In this document: positions 60,017 to 64,000 of the stretch, piece after piece
Numbering within the stretch: position 1 is the stretch's first letter
How the letters are laid out: each line of letters starts with the position of its first letter
Source: Basidiobolus meristosporus CBS 931.73
Lineage: Eukaryota; Fungi; Basidiobolomycota
Assembly (NCBI GenBank): GCA_002104905.1
Contig: MCFE01000495.1
Coordinates: 2,643 to 66,642 of the forward strand
Direction of reading: 5' to 3'
DNA length: 64,000 nt
The notes under the pieces: model-generated
Seen by the model: only the letters and a program-made list of their open reading frames with translations
Database searches by the model: none
Told to the model about the DNA's origin: nothing
Program-made: the position numbers and the translations under genes

Positions 60017-63000
60017 TGTTGTAAAAATTCGTATTTTCCACCTAAATATTCACCTAACTTAGTCACTTAGATCATCATCTTCAAATCCTAGAGAATACTG
60101 ACCAAATTCCTTGTCGGGATTTACTTAGAATATTTTCACCAAAATACCAGGTACCCAGAACATGAAAATTCTCAAAGTTGTCCAAACAGCCCCAAACTTT
60201 GCACACATGTTCTTGGGACCTTCCTTAACCTATTCTACGTGTTTGTAATGCCAAGACCATGTAAAAGTATAAATACTACTTTTACATTCAATAAATCATT
60301 AAGTGAAAACCACATAATCTACTTGTTCTCCCAATCACTTCCAATATCTCCAAGACTCTTACAACAGGTTATGAGCCCCGAGCTGTCACTCTCTGCAATG
60401 TCTACTACTGCTATTACTGGAATTTTTCCCTCTGCTGAAAAGTTGGATGGATCTAACTACCAAGTGTGGAAGGTGAAGATGAAGATGCTGCTGCAAGAAA
60501 GAGGCCTTTGGGATATTGTCATGGGAGAAGAATGCCCTCCTAAAAACGTGGGAGAGGAAGCCTTAAAGTACCAGAAGAAAGAACAAAGTGCCTTTAACTG
60601 CATTTGCCTTAATGTCAAGGACAAATTGCTAATTCAATGCTCAAGAGCAAAAACGGCAAAGAATGCCTGGAAAGCATTAGAAGACACCTACCAGTCATGT
60701 TCAGCTGCCAAGAAAATGTATCTGAGAAGAAAATTCTTTACTACAAAGATGCTGCCAGGAGAAGAAATGAAAAATCTAATTAACAGAATTACCCTGCTGG
60801 TAGATGAGATGGAATCTGTGGGCGTACCAACTACTGATGAGGATGTGATAGTTACCATCCTGAATAGCCTGACAGACGAGTTTCAGAGCCTTGTATCAGC
60901 CCTAGAGTCCAGAACTGAAGATTTGACCTTAAATTACGTATATGGAAGGCTCCTGGATGAAGAATTAAGAAAATCAAGCACCAATAAGAAGGAAGAAGAA
61001 AATGCTTTAATAAGCAATGATAACCAACAAAGGAGGTACCCAAGACCCTACAAAGGCAACAGCAACCTATTTTGCAACTACTGCAAAAGGAAAGGACACA
61101 CATCAGACCGGTGTTTCAAAAAGAGAGATTATCAGCAAAAGAAGCCTGAATATGGAAATGCTGTAACAACTGAAGATAGACTATTCATATCTGCACTAAA
61201 TATGACCACAAACAAGGATTCTCAGACGTGGTATATTGACTCTGGAGCTTCTCAGCACTTTACACACCAAAAAGAACTTTTTACCCAATATCAAGAAATT
61301 CCAATCAAGAAGGTTTTCATGGGTGACGATAGAACACTTGATGCAGTGGGAGAAGGAACTATCCAAGTAAACCTTAGAAGCAGTGAAGGAAGCCATACAC
61401 TGACCTTTAAAGAAGTACTCTATGTACCAGAAATAGCCAAGAACCTACTCTCTGTAAGCAAGGCCACAGCAGAAGGACTCAGTTTCAGTTTTGACAATTC
61501 TGGATGCAGGATCACTGATCAAAATGGTGCCCATATTGCTTCGGGCATCAGAGATCAGAACCTATACAAGTTGACTTATATTCCATCATATCTGGAAGCC
61601 AATATAAGTAACTTAAATGAAGAAACACCAATGCTTTGGCACAGGAGATTTGGACACATCAATTTTGATTATTTGCGTAAAATGATCAAAGATCAGCTAA
61701 TTTCTGGAGTGAAAATTGATCCCCCAGCTATTTTGGAGCACTGTGAAGCCTGCATATATGGGAAACAAGCCAGACAACCGTTCAAGAGCTCTGGGTTAAT
61801 CAAAACTAAGAAAAAATTAGATCTAATTCACTCAGATCTGTGTGGACCTATGCAAAATTTATCCTTAGGCGGGATGAAGTATTTAATCACTTTTATTGAT
61901 GATTATACAAGATACACATGGGTCTACTTCATGGAGAGAAAGGAAGAAGCTCTGTCTAAGCTCAGGGAGTTCAAAGCCATGGTGGAGAGAGAAACTGGTG
62001 AAAAAATCAAGAAAATACGCTCTGACAATGGTGGAGAATATACCTCAAAACTCTTCATCCACTTCTGCAAAATTCATGGGATAAAGCAAGAGACTACTGT
62101 ACCATACTCCCCACAGCAAAATGGAGTAGCAGAACGAGCTAACAGATCAATAATTGATATGGCAAGATCTATGATCCATGATCAAAAATTATCCTATGAT
62201 TTTTGGGCGGAATCAGTTGCCACTGCTGTATATCTTAAAAATAGGAGTTATAACAGAATACTTCGTGATTCTACTCCATTTGAAGCATGGTATGGATACA
62301 GACCAAGTGCAGAACATCTAAGAATATTTGGGTGTACAGCATATGCCAAAAAACTGGCCGGAAATCAGTCAAAATTTGATCCAAAAAGTGTAAAATGCAT
62401 ATTTTTGGGCTACTGCAATGAGAGTAAGGCATACAGACTCTACAATACCGAAGCAAAGAAGCTGATCAAGTCCAGGGATGTGTTGTTTGATGAAAATTCA
62501 AAATTTTCACAAAAAATGACATCAGATGATGACGAAAATTTGATCTCAAGTCCACCAATTGTCAGGATTGAATCAGAGCAAAACAATGAAAATTTTTTCA
62601 CTCCAGAGGACTCTACAACCGTGGTTCAGCCAGAATCAGTGCCCAGGAATATCCCAGAAGTGATCATTCCAGTATCAAATGCCCGGAGATCCAATCGGAC
62701 AAGAAATAGCCCAAATTACTATATCAATGAGGGTACAAACTTAGCCTATGCCTATTCAGTCCATGTTGATGAACCCCAGACTGTAAAAGAGGCCCTAAAT
62801 AGCCCTCAGACGAAGTTTTGGAGATCTGCAATGACTGAGGAATATCAGGCCCTGATGGAAAATCAAACTTGGGACTTAGTCAAATTACCAATCAACCGAA
62901 AATCAATTGGATGCAGATGGGTCTTCAAGACAAAATACAAGGCTGATGGTACAATTGAAAGATACAAAGCAAGACTTGTAGCCAAAGGATACTCTCAAAC

Positions 63001-64000
63001 AAAAGGACTTGACTATACTGAGACCTTTGCACCGGTAGCCAAGTTTAATTCCATCAGATTAATATTGGCTATTGCAGCCAAATATAAGTTTTTTATTCAT
63101 CAAATGGATGTAAAAACTGCATTTTTGAATGGAGAACTTGATGAGGACGTGTATATGGACCAGCCTGATGGTTTTGTTGACCAAGATAACCCCCATTTGG
63201 TCTGCAAGCTTAAAAAGTCACTATATGGTCTCAAACAATCACCGAGAGCCTGGAATTGCAAGATAGATTCTTATTTGGAATCTTTGAGTTTCAAAAGGAG
63301 TAATGCTGACTATAGTATATACTATAAGCCAGATAGAGCAAATCCAGTTCTATTAGCTCTATATGTGGATGATCTTATTATAGCCGCCAATAACCTAGAA
63401 ACATTGGAAGAGACTAAATCCAGCCTATCTAAGGAGTTCAAGATGTCCGATCTAGGAGAACTTAGTTACTACTTAGGGATTAAGTTCTCCATAGACAGAA
63501 GTACCCAGACTATTACCCTAAGCCAATCCAAGTATATTCAAGATATACTAAAGAAGTACAAAATGGAAGACTGTAAACCAGCAGCTACCCCAATGGAGAC
63601 AAACCTTAACTTGGTCAAAACTCAACCAAATCAAGAGAGCTTGGTGCCATCTGAAAAGCCCTGACTTTCCTTATCAATCTATGGTCGGCAGTCTGATGTA
63701 TATCATGCTTGGAACACGTCCAGATATCTCATATTCAGTGGGAGTTGTCAGCCAACATAATCAGAATTATGGATCTGATCATATTGCAGCAGTTAAGCGG
63801 ATTTTTAGATACCTAAAAGGAACTGCTGATATCTGTTTAAGATACACTTATAAGGATTCAGAACAGGATCTTGTGGGATACTCTGATGCTGATTGGGGAC
63901 GAAATTTAGAAGACAGAAGATCCACCACAGGATACACCTTTCTTTACTGTAAAGGAGCCATTTCATGGAATTCAAGAAAGCAACCAACCGTAGCACTTTC
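60017..64000 (+). mobile_element. Young, near-intact Ty1/copia element (runs off the window)
   Basis: 5' LTR 60017-60366 (TGTTG..CAACA), PBS GGTTATGAGCCC at 60367 (half-tRNA-iMet type as in Ty5/copia), and a single gag-pol ORF. Retains CpGs lost in the older copies. Confidence 0.96.
60371..63664 (+). CDS. Copia gag-pol polyprotein, with an apparent +1 frameshift at ~63657 before the RT end/RNase H
   Basis: Zinc knuckle CNYCKRKGHTSDRC, protease WYIDSGAS, GAG-pre-integrase WHRRFGH..CEAC, integrase (HSDLCGP, RSDNGGEY, QNGVAER), RT (QMDVKTAFLNG, LYVDDL). The first in-element ATG is at 60371. Confidence 0.93.
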   Translation: MSPELSLSAMSTTAITGIFPSAEKLDGSNYQVWKVKMKMLLQERGLWDIVMGEECPPKNVGEEALKYQKKEQSAFNCICLNVKDKLLIQCSRAKTAKNAWKALEDTYQSCSAAKKMYLRRKFFTTKMLPGEEMKNLINRITLLVDEMESVGVPTTDEDVIVTILNSLTDEFQSLVSALESRTEDLTLNYVYGRLLDEELRKSSTNKKEEENALISNDNQQRRYPRPYKGNSNLFCNYCKRKGHTSDRCFKKRDYQQKKPEYGNAVTTEDRLFISALNMTTNKDSQTWYIDSGASQHFTHQKELFTQYQEIPIKKVFMGDDRTLDAVGEGTIQVNLRSSEGSHTLTFKEVLYVPEIAKNLLSVSKATAEGLSFSFDNSGCRITDQNGAHIASGIRDQNLYKLTYIPSYLEANISNLNEETPMLWHRRFGHINFDYLRKMIKDQLISGVKIDPPAILEHCEACIYGKQARQPFKSSGLIKTKKKLDLIHSDLCGPMQNLSLGGMKYLITFIDDYTRYTWVYFMERKEEALSKLREFKAMVERETGEKIKKIRSDNGGEYTSKLFIHFCKIHGIKQETTVPYSPQQNGVAERANRSIIDMARSMIHDQKLSYDFWAESVATAVYLKNRSYNRILRDSTPFEAWYGYRPSAEHLRIFGCTAYAKKLAGNQSKFDPKSVKCIFLGYCNESKAYRLYNTEAKKLIKSRDVLFDENSKFSQKMTSDDDENLISSPPIVRIESEQNNENFFTPEDSTTVVQPESVPRNIPEVIIPVSNARRSNRTRNSPNYYINEGTNLAYAYSVHVDEPQTVKEALNSPQTKFWRSAMTEEYQALMENQTWDLVKLPINRKSIGCRWVFKTKYKADGTIERYKARLVAKGYSQTKGLDYTETFAPVAKFNSIRLILAIAAKYKFFIHQMDVKTAFLNGELDEDVYMDQPDGFVDQDNPHLVCKLKKSLYGLKQSPRAWNCKIDSYLESLSFKRSNADYSIYYKPDRANPVLLALYVDDLIIAANNLETLEETKSSLSKEFKMSDLGELSYYLGIKFSIDRSTQTITLSQSKYIQDILKKYKMEDCKPAATPMETNLNLVKTQPNQESLVPSEKP

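Overview
Eukaryotic, almost certainly fungal DNA: short GT-AG introns with CTAAC branch points, an AUR1-type IPC synthase and YOS1. The gene set suggests an early-diverging, zygomycete-grade fungus (inference only). There are three compartments. (1) 1 to ~37.9 kb is an AT-rich, almost CpG-free retrotransposon graveyard: nested Ty3/gypsy elements, at least five decayed copies of one Ty1/copia family in both orientations, a solo LTR, MITEs and two CpG-eroded tRNA pseudogenes. (2) ~37.9-58.5 kb is a CpG-intact gene island: tRNA-Arg(CCG), YOS1, AUR1, a GT61 glycosyltransferase, four copies of a secreted Gly/Asp/Tyr/Lys/His repeat protein, a small secreted Cys protein, a broken alpha/beta hydrolase, a periplasmic-binding-protein-like gene, a DUF3472-like gene and unknowns. 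(3) ~58.5-64 kb returns to CpG-poor DNA and holds a near-intact young copia that runs off the window. Best candidates for something new: (a) the four-gene repeat-protein locus, arranged as two gene-sized palindromes, with the same 95-bp inverted-repeat-bounded module at all three junctions; the products could be a glue-like polyampholyte or KK-processed peptides; (b) a copia subfamily whose primer-binding site appears to have switched from the half-tRNA-iMet type to a half-tRNA-Leu(CAA) type. All homology calls come from motif recognition by eye. No searches were run, and some TE boundaries are approximate.
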